From positions 21,322-85,321 of the IMG/VR virus record IMGVR_UViG_3300020576_004226: a DNA stretch of 64,000 nucleotides; one strand, given 5' to 3'. This document shows, piece by piece, positions 1 through 9,658 of this stretch (positions are counted from its first letter, which is position 1; every line of letters begins with the position of its first letter). A model generated the notes under the pieces. It saw nothing but the letters and a program-made list of their open reading frames with translations, made no database searches and had not been told where the DNA came from. A program made the translations under genes and the position numbers. Source of the stretch: a virus (lineage: Duplodnaviria > Caudoviricetes).

Positions 1-1
1 T

Positions 2-214
2 GGGGACGGGCTTTCACCACTGTACTGGCGTTTCAGAGTGCCTGATTCCAAATGGGATGCTGTCGATGGATTCATCAAAGAAGAAGACCAGGTTTGCCTG
101 ACTTGGATTGGTCCGGAACTTTCTGACCCGGCTTCCTTGGCTACTTCGGATGAATACAATGGGCTTTGCGTTCTAAGGGGAATCACAGTATTCAAACCCG
201 TGAAGTTGTTTTAA
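2..214 (+). CDS. 3' end of hypothetical protein (runs off the window start)
   Basis: Open frame from base 2 to TAA at 212-214 (GDGLSPLYWRF...KPVKLF). Confidence 0.5.
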   Translation, partial: GDGLSPLYWRFRVPDSKWDAVDGFIKEEDQVCLTWIGPELSDPASLATSDEYNGLCVLRGITVFKPVKLF

Positions 215-417
215 TAAATTGAATCAAACGAGTGCCGGCTGTAATGCCTGCTAAAGCCCTTGCAAGTTGAGAAGCGCAATCACTCAACTCGGGAAAAGGT
301 TGGGGAAGAAGAGCCCAACCCGCTCAAGAACCGCTGCCGAGTCATTATCCACCATCAGATTATGAACCACTACTCGAAAATGATGATCCACTTTATCAGA
401 ATCGAAATTATCCAAAC

Positions 418-651
418 ATGAGTCATTTACCACCCGTCGTCAAGAGGCGCCAATTTCATCCGGTAGTTTGGTCAGAAGTCACAATTCACTTTTCCAATGA
501 TCTGCACGTATCGTCAAACCAAGTTCAGAAAAGAAAAGTTTTCACAAAGCAGCAATGCACAATAACAGAAGCCGTTATTGCTCTTGTGAAACAGGAAAAA
601 GGGAAAGATGTTAGATTTTGGCCGACCGGGAAGAGCGTGTTTGTAAAGTAA
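418..651 (+). CDS. Hypothetical protein
   Basis: 77-aa ORF. The frame is also open upstream to a TGA at 268, so the start is uncertain. Confidence 0.4.
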   Translation: MSHLPPVVKRRQFHPVVWSEVTIHFSNDLHVSSNQVQKRKVFTKQQCTITEAVIALVKQEKGKDVRFWPTGKSVFVK

Positions 652-735
652 ATACAAATCTCTGACTTCAATTAAGCCGTGGCGTGTTGCAGTGAAGCGC
701 ATTCCACGGCTATTTTTATTCAAAACAATTTGGCG

Positions 736-2211
736 ATGAAACATTCTGTTTACCAGAATTTGATATTTAATTTCGTGAAGTACTCCGAAGCGAATGCGGT
801 TGTAGAAGCCGTTGCTGGCTCAGGCAAGACGACTACAGCTGTGCACGCTATGAGGCATGTGCCTTCATACATGAACATTCTGTTCGCCGCTTTCAATAAG
901 TCAATTGTTGAGGAACTTGAAAGAAGGGTGCCAGAAGGAGTGACTGTCAAGACTATGCACTCGCTTGGCTGGAGTGCAATGAAGCGCCATTACGGTGGCG
1001 ATATACAGTTGGTTGAGCGAAAGTCGTTCTCGCACGCAGAGAAGTTGTTCTACAAGATGCGAAGGGAGAAGTGGTACTGGGGCTACCTTCACAACATAAT
1101 GAAGTTGGCCGATATTGTGCGACAAAACGTGGAATTTGATGAGCAGACTATTGAGGAAGCAATGGACAAGCATGCCATAAGCATTTTGACCGGAGACGAG
1201 CCTCTTCACGTAATGCAGTTGATAAAGAGTATGTGTGGTGATTTGGATGTATTTGATTTCACTGACATGATATTCTTCCCAGCGATCAACCCGGATATCA
1301 GAATGCCCAAGTTTGATTTTGTATTTATTGACGAGTTGCAAGACCTCAACCGAGCGCAACAAGTCATGATAGAGCGCATGTTCAACAAGAAGAGCAGGTT
1401 CATAGGCGTGGGCGACTCGAGGCAAGCAATCTACGGCTTTCGAGGCAGCGACGAGCAGTCCTTCACCCGCTTCCGGCAGATGCCTAACACCTCTGGCTTG
1501 CCGCTTTCCATTTGTTACAGATGTGGAAAGGCTATTGTTGAAGAGGCCAAACTCATTGTGCCACAAATACAATGGTATCCATTCCAAGAGGATGGCAAGG
1601 TTAGGACAGGGACAGTCGATGAGATAACAGGAGGCGATTGGGTTATTTGCAGAAATACAAAGCCGCTCGTCGTTCTCGCTTTCATTCTGATATCGGATGG
1701 AAAGAAGGCGAAAATCAAGGGGAAGGAGATTGGGGAGAACATAATAGCGTTGTTGCAGTCGACAGGAGTAAATATGCAATCGGTAGCATTGCGCATATTG
1801 AAATCAAAAAGGGATCAACTATTACTTCAATATCGGGATCATTACAAAATGGAAAAACCCGAGTTGCACCCAAAGGTAATTTCGTTGGAAGAGAACATAG
1901 GAGTCATTGAATTCCTGTTCGACAAAATGGGTGGGGACGTGCGAAGAGTCATCAAGTTCTTGCAAGAAACTTTTTCTGATGACCACGCCGACATTATGCT
2001 TTCCACAATACATAAAGCAAAAGGGCTTGAGAATGACAGGGTTTTCTTCCTGCGTCCTGACCTCATACCGAGCCGCTACGCTGTTAACGCTTGGCAAAAA
2101 GAACAGGAAGAAAATCTGAAATATGTAGCAATCACGAGGGCTAAAAAGGAACTTGTTTACGTTCATGATTTCCCTTATGAGCAACTTTCAAAAATGATAC
2201 TCAATACGTGA
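736..2211 (+). CDS. UvrD/Rep-family (SF1) DNA helicase
   Basis: Motifs AVAGSGKTT (Walker A), IDELQD (Walker B), VGDSRQAIYGFRGS, STIHKAKGLE and YVAITRAK. ATG at 736 preferred over the GTG at 679. Confidence 0.92.
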   Translation: MKHSVYQNLIFNFVKYSEANAVVEAVAGSGKTTTAVHAMRHVPSYMNILFAAFNKSIVEELERRVPEGVTVKTMHSLGWSAMKRHYGGDIQLVERKSFSHAEKLFYKMRREKWYWGYLHNIMKLADIVRQNVEFDEQTIEEAMDKHAISILTGDEPLHVMQLIKSMCGDLDVFDFTDMIFFPAINPDIRMPKFDFVFIDELQDLNRAQQVMIERMFNKKSRFIGVGDSRQAIYGFRGSDEQSFTRFRQMPNTSGLPLSICYRCGKAIVEEAKLIVPQIQWYPFQEDGKVRTGTVDEITGGDWVICRNTKPLVVLAFILISDGKKAKIKGKEIGENIIALLQSTGVNMQSVALRILKSKRDQLLLQYRDHYKMEKPELHPKVISLEENIGVIEFLFDKMGGDVRRVIKFLQETFSDDHADIMLSTIHKAKGLENDRVFFLRPDLIPSRYAVNAWQKEQEENLKYVAITRAKKELVYVHDFPYEQLSKMILNT

Positions 2212-2672
2212 TGGATAACATCGAAAAAATACAACAAGAAATTCAAGAGGCCGCTTCCCGTTTCAGGGAGGTTGTCGACCGTCACGGTGTAAGGTCGTTT
2301 TTGTTTGTTATGATGCCCGGTACTGTCCAGAGGTTTTATGATTCCAACCTTTGGCCTGGAGACCCTGCGTTCCACTATTTGAGTCAGGCCGTCGCCACCG
2401 ACGCAACTTTGAAGCAAGAGTACGACCGTTGGAAGCATCAAGTCATTGGCAATCAGATGCCTTTCATGGTTATATGCACAAACAACATAGAGCAGGAATC
2501 TTGTTTGAAGTTGCACAAGCGTTATTGTGTTGTTAGCGTTTTGCGAGCGGTTGACGGATATTGTTTTGTGCTGACAGACGAATTTGGGAAACACATAAGG
2601 CCACCCGAAGGTCATTCTGGCTTTCACTCCAGCCGATTCCAGCCTGATATAATTACAATGAGCAACAATTGA
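2208..2672 (+). CDS. Hypothetical protein
   Basis: 154-aa ORF overlapping the helicase stop (GTGA coupling). Confidence 0.6.
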   Translation: MMDNIEKIQQEIQEAASRFREVVDRHGVRSFLFVMMPGTVQRFYDSNLWPGDPAFHYLSQAVATDATLKQEYDRWKHQVIGNQMPFMVICTNNIEQESCLKLHKRYCVVSVLRAVDGYCFVLTDEFGKHIRPPEGHSGFHSSRFQPDIITMSNN

Positions 2673-2673
2673 T

Positions 2674-3117
2674 ATGGCTTCTGAATTGAAAATATGGTTT
2701 GACGGAGCATGCCACAATGCCAAAGGTGCATTGACTCCTATGGGAGTCGGGCTTGTAATAAAGATGGATGATGAAACGATTGTTGAGATGGGGTATGCTC
2801 CTCCGTTGCTTGGCACAAGTAACGTGGCAGAATGGATTGGTTGTTACTTAGCAATAACAAGAGCCATCGAATTAGTTGAAAAACACCACATTCGTTCAAT
2901 AGAAATATTCTCGGATAGCCTCTTGATTGTTTCTCAGATGAACGGGCAATTTGAAGTAAGGAGTGAACAGTTGCGCCCATACTTCGATATTTGCACAACA
3001 CTATTCAAGAAAATAAAGAAATTTTCAACCATAACTCACGTGAGAAGGGAGTTCAACAAGGAAGCCGACGTACAAAGCAAAATCGGCTTGCGGAACAGCC
3101 TGTATCACCTAAACTAA
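2674..3117 (+). CDS. rnhA: Ribonuclease HI
   Basis: Motifs WFDGAC, SNVAEW, FSDSLL and HVRREFNKEAD; the D-E-D-D catalytic set is present. Confidence 0.92.
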   Translation: MASELKIWFDGACHNAKGALTPMGVGLVIKMDDETIVEMGYAPPLLGTSNVAEWIGCYLAITRAIELVEKHHIRSIEIFSDSLLIVSQMNGQFEVRSEQLRPYFDICTTLFKKIKKFSTITHVRREFNKEADVQSKIGLRNSLYHLN

Positions 3118-3122
3118 AGGTC

Positions 3123-4118
3123 ATGAAGTTTTTTACTCAATTCTCCCGCTTCTGCTCAATGTTCGCTCTTTTTACGCTTACGTCGTTTTTTGCAGAAAGC
3201 AATGTCAACTCTGGCTTCGCCAACTTCGATGAACTCGAGCAAATCGAGGCTGACTCTGTTGAATCAGAAGCAGCTGAAGTAAAAGGGTTTTTCGCTCCAC
3301 CTGCTTGGTTGTTCCAAGAAGAGGACGCGAGTCAGGCCAAAGAAGTCGCTTTGAGCGTACTGCCTGGTTCTTTGAAGAAGAAGGCCGAAAAGATGTCGGC
3401 TTCCGACTTCCTAACAATTGACCAATTGGTTAAATACGGGAAGGGTAATTTCCCCAAAACTGAATGGAACATTTTCCGATTTGAAGTTTGGCAAATAGCC
3501 GAGCGTACCAAGCAAAAATACAATGTTGGTTGCTCTGCTTATCAAATGTATGATTGGATGATGAAAACCTTTCGCTTGGAAAGCGGCTTCCGTTCTGACA
3601 TCAAGACCCCACTCGGCTCTGCTGCTGGGTTGTTCCAGTGTACAAAGGGCAACCGGGACAAACTTGGCTTTCCGAAGAACTGGCGAGACCTTTCTCCGCT
3701 CCAGCAATTACCTTGGTATCAAGTTTATTTGTGGCGTGCGCTCGACAACTTGAATTGCCCTGAGATTAAGGACAGATGCGACTTCTACATGATCAATTTC
3801 ATGCCAGCCTTCGCCGACAAATCTGATAATTCAAGACTGGCTTCCGCTTGCGGAGGAACTTGTAAAAAGTTCCATCGGAGCAAGAAGTTCTACTGTGCGT
3901 ATCATGCCAACACCGCATTTGACTTGAACAAAGATGGACGCATATTCAAATACGAGGTAGCTGCGCTCTTGACAAAGAAATTCACACCCGGTACAAAGCA
4001 TTATTTGGGTGCTATCTTTCCCTTGTTAAACAACGTCAAAGTTTCAGTAAACAACGAGCACATTGATATGCTCGCGTTTGCACTCAAGATGCCGTTAACA
4101 AATTGTCAATCGCTATGA
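3123..4118 (+). CDS. Secreted lysozyme-fold / lytic transglycosylase-like protein
   Basis: N-terminal hydrophobic signal-like segment; FRLESGF (catalytic Glu), SAAGLFQ, and YHANTAFDLNKDGRI motif typical of SLT-like phage muramidases. Confidence 0.62.
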   Translation: MKFFTQFSRFCSMFALFTLTSFFAESNVNSGFANFDELEQIEADSVESEAAEVKGFFAPPAWLFQEEDASQAKEVALSVLPGSLKKKAEKMSASDFLTIDQLVKYGKGNFPKTEWNIFRFEVWQIAERTKQKYNVGCSAYQMYDWMMKTFRLESGFRSDIKTPLGSAAGLFQCTKGNRDKLGFPKNWRDLSPLQQLPWYQVYLWRALDNLNCPEIKDRCDFYMINFMPAFADKSDNSRLASACGGTCKKFHRSKKFYCAYHANTAFDLNKDGRIFKYEVAALLTKKFTPGTKHYLGAIFPLLNNVKVSVNNEHIDMLAFALKMPLTNCQSL

Positions 4119-4444
4119 ATTCGTTGAAGAGACCTTGCTCAAAATGCCCTTTCCGTAAGGATTGTTTGAAGGGATGGTTGGGCAAGGCTCGGATGCAAGA
4201 GATTTGCGATGAAACAATCAACGGCGACGAATATTTCATATGCCACGAGACAACTGATTTGCCTGCGAGAAAGCAAAGGCTTTGCGCTGGAAAGTTGCTG
4301 CTCGAAAGCAAGGCAAACCCATACGGCAACAAGTCCACACGAATGGCAGTTGCATTTGGTTTTCTTCCTGGAGGATATGAATTTCTTGAAGGTGAAGAAC
4401 TAATTTTTGACACGGTTGAAGAAGCCGTTAAACATCATTCTTGA
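4115..4444 (+). CDS. Cys-rich hypothetical protein (DUF6283-like)
   Basis: RPCSKCPFRKD...FICHET...CAG metal-binding pattern. Confidence 0.5.
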   Translation: MNSLKRPCSKCPFRKDCLKGWLGKARMQEICDETINGDEYFICHETTDLPARKQRLCAGKLLLESKANPYGNKSTRMAVAFGFLPGGYEFLEGEELIFDTVEEAVKHHS

Positions 4445-4956
4445 TGTATGTTTACAAAACCGTTTGTTTAGTAAACGGAAAAATTTACATAGGACAATGC
4501 TGCAATTCTCCGGAGCGTTCAAGTAACTACTTGGGTAGCGGAGTATCCATTTCCAATGCAATAAGGCTATATGGTAAACAAAATTTTGTAAAAGAAATTT
4601 TGGTAAGAGACGTCCCAGGTCAAAAGCAACTTGATATACTCGAGCAAATTTACATAAAGAAATTTGGCTCTTGTAATCGTTCAATTGGGTATAATATTCT
4701 TCCTGGTAGCGCAAATGGATTTAGAGAAAACCCGGCTCGCTTGGAACATTCAAAGATTGCGGTTGCTGAATCAAATAGGAGAAGGAAATATGACGGTTCT
4801 GAAATGAGCGAACGTTTGAAGGGAAAACCAAAAACTGAAGAACACAAAGACAAAATACGTATGTCTTTGATAGGATCAAAGTTTTCTGAACAAAGGAAAC
4901 AAAACATAAGTATCGCAAAAAAGAAATATCATGAAAGACTTGAACGAAAAGTTTGA
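4444..4956 (+). mobile_element. Free-standing GIY-YIG homing endonuclease (Seg-like, NUMOD3 repeats)
   Basis: YVYKTVCLVNGKIYIGQ...YLGSG...AIRLYGKQNFVKEIL; C-terminal KPKTEEHKDKI and SEQRKQNISIAKK repeats; visibly AT-richer than neighbours. Confidence 0.85.
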
Positions 4957-6016
4957 CCTCTCCAAAAAGTTGAGCGACAAAAGACTTCGCCAATTTGCAA
5001 CAATATTGCTCGGCATTCAAGAGAAGTTGGATTTCAAAGTGTCTTCAAGGGGCTGGGCGTATCAATTAGAACAACTCCGGTGGATTAACAAAGACCAATT
5101 CGACAAGGTTGAAGAGGCAATAAACACTGCGCGTAAACGCGGCTATCTTCCCGTTGACTTTGTCGCTGAAGAGGCTGCTCGCCAATTTTCCGGTGTAGAA
5201 ATTCCTTCTACTGGAGAGCCGAGGGATATTGTACCACGCTTCCTGCATGGCATCATCGACGGCTGGAGATACTTCACTCCAGAGTGGTGGGAAGGTGAAG
5301 AATACTACATCCAAGTTGTGGTAGAAAAGATTGACTTGAAGACTCTGTTTGAACCAGTTTGTCACTCATTCCATATTCCCATCGCAAACAGCAAAGGTTG
5401 GAGCAGTGTATTACAAAGAGCGGAGTACGCTCGGCGATTCAAGCAGGCAGAAGACATGGGTTTGAAATGTGTACTTTTGTATTGCGGAGACCACGACCCT
5501 GATGGCTTGCGTATCAGCGATACCCTGCGCAAGAACCTTTCTGATTTGAGCGATATTGTTTGGGGAGACGGCACGCTCGGGTACAACCCGGAGAATTTGA
5601 TCGTTGACCGCTTTGGGCTCAACCTGGATTTCATAAACGAGAACAAATTGACCTGGATTGATAATCTCATTACAGGCTCAGGAAAGGATTTGAATGATCC
5701 AAAGCACCCAAACTACGACCTGGCGTATTTGAAAGAATACAAGAAGGCAATTGGCATCCGGAAATGCGAAGCGAATGCTATTGTGGTCATTCCAGAAGCC
5801 GCTCGGGAAATGATGAGACAGGTCATTCTCAGCTACTTGGGTGACGACGCTCCCGACCGTTTCAGAGCGAAGGTTCTGGAGGTTCGCACTGCTTATGATA
5901 AGTTCATTGAGGAAAGCGGTTTGGGCAACTCGGTAAGGGCTGCGCTCAAATTGTTTGATTCCAAAAATATTGCAGAAGATGATAGCAACGACGATTCAAC
6001 CTTACCATCTGAATAA
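4931..6016 (+). CDS. Spo11/topoisomerase VI-A-like TOPRIM-domain protein
   Basis: N-terminal SSRGWAYQL (resembles the RxxYY 5Y-CAP motif), VVEK glutamate and GDHDPDG DxD motif. Confidence 0.68.
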   Translation: MKDLNEKFDLSKKLSDKRLRQFATILLGIQEKLDFKVSSRGWAYQLEQLRWINKDQFDKVEEAINTARKRGYLPVDFVAEEAARQFSGVEIPSTGEPRDIVPRFLHGIIDGWRYFTPEWWEGEEYYIQVVVEKIDLKTLFEPVCHSFHIPIANSKGWSSVLQRAEYARRFKQAEDMGLKCVLLYCGDHDPDGLRISDTLRKNLSDLSDIVWGDGTLGYNPENLIVDRFGLNLDFINENKLTWIDNLITGSGKDLNDPKHPNYDLAYLKEYKKAIGIRKCEANAIVVIPEAAREMMRQVILSYLGDDAPDRFRAKVLEVRTAYDKFIEESGLGNSVRAALKLFDSKNIAEDDSNDDSTLPSE

Positions 6017-6026
6017 GTTGGATGAC

Positions 6027-6299
6027 ATGTTCCTTGAATACATAAGGGAGCGCCACGTAAGGATACAAGCAAGACTTCAAGAATTGATTGATTCAAACGG
6101 CATAAGAGTTAATCTGTCAGAAGTTGACTTGAACAAGCCAGAAGAGGCCAAGAATGTTCTCAAAGAGATGGGAGTAGAATTGATACAAGAAACTCACACT
6201 CATACTTTTCCTCACACCGAGATTTGGAAGATTAAGAAGGACGGCGAAGTCGTTGGTTCCTTCAAAGTTGACCAATACGGAATTGTAACAGACATATGA
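6027..6299 (+). CDS. Hypothetical protein
   Basis: ORF in the coupled gene run; ATG at 6027. Confidence 0.55.
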   Translation: MFLEYIRERHVRIQARLQELIDSNGIRVNLSEVDLNKPEEAKNVLKEMGVELIQETHTHTFPHTEIWKIKKDGEVVGSFKVDQYGIVTDI

Positions 6300-6835
6300 A
6301 ATACGCAATTCAAACAGAGGACGGCAAATCGCTCGGGCTTGCCATCGAGGATACCCGTTACGTAAACAACGAGGGCTTCCGCTGGTTCGGAATGAAGTTG
6401 TTGCTTGGGGTGTTCGCCGTCCATTTTGTCATTGTATTCCTTGGGCTGTATTTAGCGGGTTTTTACGCTGATATTCCTGGATACCAAGGCTTGGCTAAAT
6501 TGATATTGTTTGTTGTTCCGGGTATGTCGTTGTTGCTCGGTGGGGTTGAGTTGATATTCATTATGATTCTGGCTTGGGAATTGAAGACGTCAAATCATCT
6601 TGATATTGTGTTAGTCGAAATGTACACTCTGCCGGAAGATTTTCAAGACGAGGACTTCGAACGATTGATTTCCGAAGTTGACCCGGTTGAGGCTTCCTTC
6701 CCAGTGAAACAGTGCATGACATTCATAGAGCAATCAGACAAGTTTGATTCAGTAAAATATGAATATGAGACAATAGGCTTGGCTTTCGCTGGTGGCAAAA
6801 TGACTTACAAAGAATTCAGGCAAAAGGGTTGCTGA
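6296..6835 (+). CDS. Hypothetical membrane protein (2 TM)
   Basis: Two long hydrophobic stretches; ATGA overlap with the upstream gene. Confidence 0.6.
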   Translation: MKYAIQTEDGKSLGLAIEDTRYVNNEGFRWFGMKLLLGVFAVHFVIVFLGLYLAGFYADIPGYQGLAKLILFVVPGMSLLLGGVELIFIMILAWELKTSNHLDIVLVEMYTLPEDFQDEDFERLISEVDPVEASFPVKQCMTFIEQSDKFDSVKYEYETIGLAFAGGKMTYKEFRQKGC

Positions 6836-6871
6836 AATAGCCTTGCGCGTTGGATACAAAGGACATCAGCA

Positions 6872-7063
6872 ATGGAACACATAATGATTGAAATAGTTTG
6901 CTTACTTCTTTGGGCGACCGGATTCGGCTTCTCATACAGAGTCGAGCAGCATGAAATTATCCTTCAAAGGAATTGGGCTTTCTTCTTGAAGATGAACGCT
7001 TACCTATGGCCTATCACAATTCTCATTTACGCACTCCGGTGCAGACTCGAAATGATGCTATGA
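6872..7063 (+). CDS. Small hydrophobic hypothetical protein
   Basis: 63-aa ORF with ATGA overlap to the next gene. Confidence 0.45.
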   Translation: MEHIMIEIVCLLLWATGFGFSYRVEQHEIILQRNWAFFLKMNAYLWPITILIYALRCRLEMML

Positions 7064-7650
7064 GCAACCAGGAAATTGAACGTCGTAATGAGGCTATTGC
7101 CTTCATGCTCGGCTGGGTAAAAGCGAAGTCTTTTGTTTCTCATTGGACTTCCATATCAACCAACGAGCGAGTTGAACTTGCTAATGAATATTGGATTGAG
7201 AACTTAGGCGAATCGCTGGTTTACCATGTGAATGGCCTCAACTTTCATAAGAGCGATATCCTGCTTGAAGCTGCCGTCCACTTCATTGTCAACCACCACA
7301 ATGTGTCGGTTCATCGTTGTCTGTTTCCGGAAGGCTGGGAAGTGCAAATCAAGAGCAACAAAGACATCACCCGCGCAGTACATTACAACAAGACCGGAGA
7401 AAAGAAGTTTTGCCCGCTGGCATATTTGCCGTCCTCGTCACCTCGAGAGGCTCTGTTCCTGGCCTTGTCGGACTTCTCAGCCCAATTCTTGCCTACGACC
7501 ATTGAGCGCATTCTCGAGCAAATTAGCGTGCAAGAGCAAATTACCATCCACGCTGGGTCGTTCACGGCTGCGATTGACTCCAGATGCAATGACCTGGGAC
7601 TGGAGGTTTATTATGACGGCGACCTTGTGACCATTCGCCGACGCAGGTAA
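7060..7650 (+). CDS. Hypothetical protein
   Basis: ATG at 7060 coupled to the previous stop; begins MSNQEIERRNEAIAFMLGW. Confidence 0.6.
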   Translation: MSNQEIERRNEAIAFMLGWVKAKSFVSHWTSISTNERVELANEYWIENLGESLVYHVNGLNFHKSDILLEAAVHFIVNHHNVSVHRCLFPEGWEVQIKSNKDITRAVHYNKTGEKKFCPLAYLPSSSPREALFLALSDFSAQFLPTTIERILEQISVQEQITIHAGSFTAAIDSRCNDLGLEVYYDGDLVTIRRRR

Positions 7651-7688
7651 TACAAATTCGTAACAAAATCAACAATACTACACAACAC

Positions 7689-8345
7689 ATGAAACACCCA
7701 TTGCTTTTTATCGCTCTGCTGTTCTTAGCCTTCCAAGGCTTCTCCCAAGACAGCCTACAAACACCCGCTACGCTCGTAGTTGATTGCACGCTCCCATGCG
7801 ACTCCACAGTAGAACCGGAAGTGCATCTTGACCTCATTACCGTTGAAGTTGTCAAAGTCTATGACGGAGACGGCTGCCGAGCGTTGTTCCCAGATGGTAC
7901 GGTTCGCAAACTCCGATTCGCAAATTTGGATGCTCCTGACATCAAAAACGCTTATGTGGATATTGATTCCACCCAGCCATTTGCCATTGCAAGTCGAGAC
8001 AGTTTACGGCGGATGATTTTGCATAAGCAGATACAAATTGATACACTTCCTTTCGGCGACGCAAAATACAGTTACGGAAGGTTGCTTGTTGATGCCTATA
8101 CCCTACCACTTGAAGAAGGCGAACCAACGGTTTACTTGAATCAATTGATTGTATCGAAAGGCTGGGCTTGGGCGGTTTCTTCCAGGAAAAATCAAGTGCG
8201 TGCAAACGGCTTCCTGTATGGCCTGATTGAAGAAGGATTTGCCCGAGCCAAGGCTGAAAAGCAGGGTTTATGGAAAGGTAAGGGAAGGAAATACAGCCCT
8301 GGGTATTGGAGGACAAACCCATGGAGAAAGTCCAAGACCGCATAG
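7689..8345 (+). CDS. Thermonuclease (SNase family) with signal peptide
   Basis: VVKVYDGDG, KLRFANLDAPD, QPFAIASRDSL, YGRLL, AKAEKQGLW; signal peptide MKHPLLFIALLFLAFQGFSQ. Confidence 0.88.
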   Translation: MKHPLLFIALLFLAFQGFSQDSLQTPATLVVDCTLPCDSTVEPEVHLDLITVEVVKVYDGDGCRALFPDGTVRKLRFANLDAPDIKNAYVDIDSTQPFAIASRDSLRRMILHKQIQIDTLPFGDAKYSYGRLLVDAYTLPLEEGEPTVYLNQLIVSKGWAWAVSSRKNQVRANGFLYGLIEEGFARAKAEKQGLWKGKGRKYSPGYWRTNPWRKSKTA

Positions 8346-8386
8346 GTGAGGAGGTTAGTTTTTTCATAGATGTTTTTGTTTTGAGA

Positions 8387-8425
8387 ATTGCCGTGGGACT
8401 AAACCCCTGCGGCAGTTTTTGTTTT
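8387..8425 (+). terminator. Intrinsic terminator
   Basis: ATTGCCGTGGG-ACTAAA-CCCCTGCGGCAGT hairpin followed by a T-run. Confidence 0.7.
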
Positions 8426-8456
8426 CACAAGGTTATTAAAACAAAAGCGAATCAGT

Positions 8457-8945
8457 ATGATACCTAAATTCATTGTCAACTTATTCAAAACAATAGCCAA
8501 AGAGGCGAAGTTGATTGTTGACAAAAATGAGCCTTCCTGGGACGGGCGCAGGAAGTCCTATTTGAGTCCGTGCACGCCAGAGTTACACGACACAATATGC
8601 AAGGGCTGCGGGAAGAGGATAGCCGACCACGAGTTCAAAACCAACAGCACTACGGCTCGTTGGGAAATGATGAAGCGCATATATGACTTGCAGACGTGCG
8701 CTCCTTTGCCCGAGGGTTGGAGCCTACACTCTGAACCGAATGGCTTTGGCAAATGTTACACCTATTGGGCGTGCTCTGACGAGGATGACCAAGATGCGTT
8801 CTTCAAACAAAAGCGCGTCTGTGAAGGTTGCGGTCACAAATACAAAAAGCCAATTCGTTGGATAGCAGACTTCCGAGCAGATTGTCAGAATCCAAAAGGC
8901 TGCGGTTGGATGATATTCAAGGACGGCACTCAAACTTTCGATTGA
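8457..8945 (+). CDS. Hypothetical Cys-rich (Zn-finger-like) protein
   Basis: CKGC, CEGC and CQNPKGC motifs. Confidence 0.6.
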   Translation: MIPKFIVNLFKTIAKEAKLIVDKNEPSWDGRRKSYLSPCTPELHDTICKGCGKRIADHEFKTNSTTARWEMMKRIYDLQTCAPLPEGWSLHSEPNGFGKCYTYWACSDEDDQDAFFKQKRVCEGCGHKYKKPIRWIADFRADCQNPKGCGWMIFKDGTQTFD

Positions 8946-8946
8946 T

Positions 8947-9459
8947 ATGAAAAAGTACCCTAAATTCGAGGCCACCCGAGCCTACAACGCAGATGGCACT
9001 CGCATGCAGTGCAAACACATTCCAGACCTTCGCATTCTTGAGTTCCTCTATGAACACCAAGACCACCCGGTTATTGATTGGAGGAATGAGTATGACCCGA
9101 GTTCAATTATGTTCAGAACTGTTCAGGTTGTCAAAGTTGAGCCTATGGTTTTTGTAGTTGACAAGGATGTAAACGTCTCTGGTCACGAATTGAAGAAAGG
9201 ACAAAGAGTTTTGGCAAAAAACCTTACCGAAATTAAGCACAGCGACTTCACTTTGACGGTTGCCGGCTTATTCCCTCCCAACGTGCCACAAAAGTTGATT
9301 CGTGCCAAGATGAATAGCCTAATGAACCGAGGCTTGATTGAAGGAGGAGACGGCAGCCCGAGCGGAAATGGCAACCGGGTTGGAAGCCGCTTTGACGCCA
9401 AAATCACCGAGAAGGGGAAGAAGTACGTTGAATCAATAACTCATTGCGACTTGTTCTGA
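8947..9459 (+). CDS. Hypothetical protein
   Basis: 170-aa ORF tightly packed in the operon. Confidence 0.6.
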   Translation: MKKYPKFEATRAYNADGTRMQCKHIPDLRILEFLYEHQDHPVIDWRNEYDPSSIMFRTVQVVKVEPMVFVVDKDVNVSGHELKKGQRVLAKNLTEIKHSDFTLTVAGLFPPNVPQKLIRAKMNSLMNRGLIEGGDGSPSGNGNRVGSRFDAKITEKGKKYVESITHCDLF

Positions 9460-9460
9460 T

Positions 9461-9658
9461 ATGCCACGTTTCTACAACCACAAATGGGACATATTAGGCG
9501 AAGTTTGCGAACGTTGCAAATTAGAACGTCGAGCGAAGGCCATAATGGTTGGTTCCAGGAGAGCATTCAAATACGAATACTACGTCAACGGCAAGTGGGT
9601 TGAAGAAAGACCCGGCTGCCACGACAATAAACAATTCAATCAAACATACATAAGATGA
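9461..9658 (+). CDS. Small hypothetical protein
   Basis: 65-aa ORF with CERC motif; ATGA overlap with the next gene. Confidence 0.5.
   Translation: MPRFYNHKWDILGEVCERCKLERRAKAIMVGSRRAFKYEYYVNGKWVEERPGCHDNKQFNQTYIR

Noticed and set aside
244-417. In-frame TGA at 268 interrupting MPAKALAS*EAQSLNSG..., which continues into ORF 418; possible TGA recoding
   Set aside because: TGA is clearly used as stop elsewhere (many ATGA/GTGA couplings, e.g. 2208-2211, 6296-6299, 29770-29773). A single case does not support an alternative genetic code.
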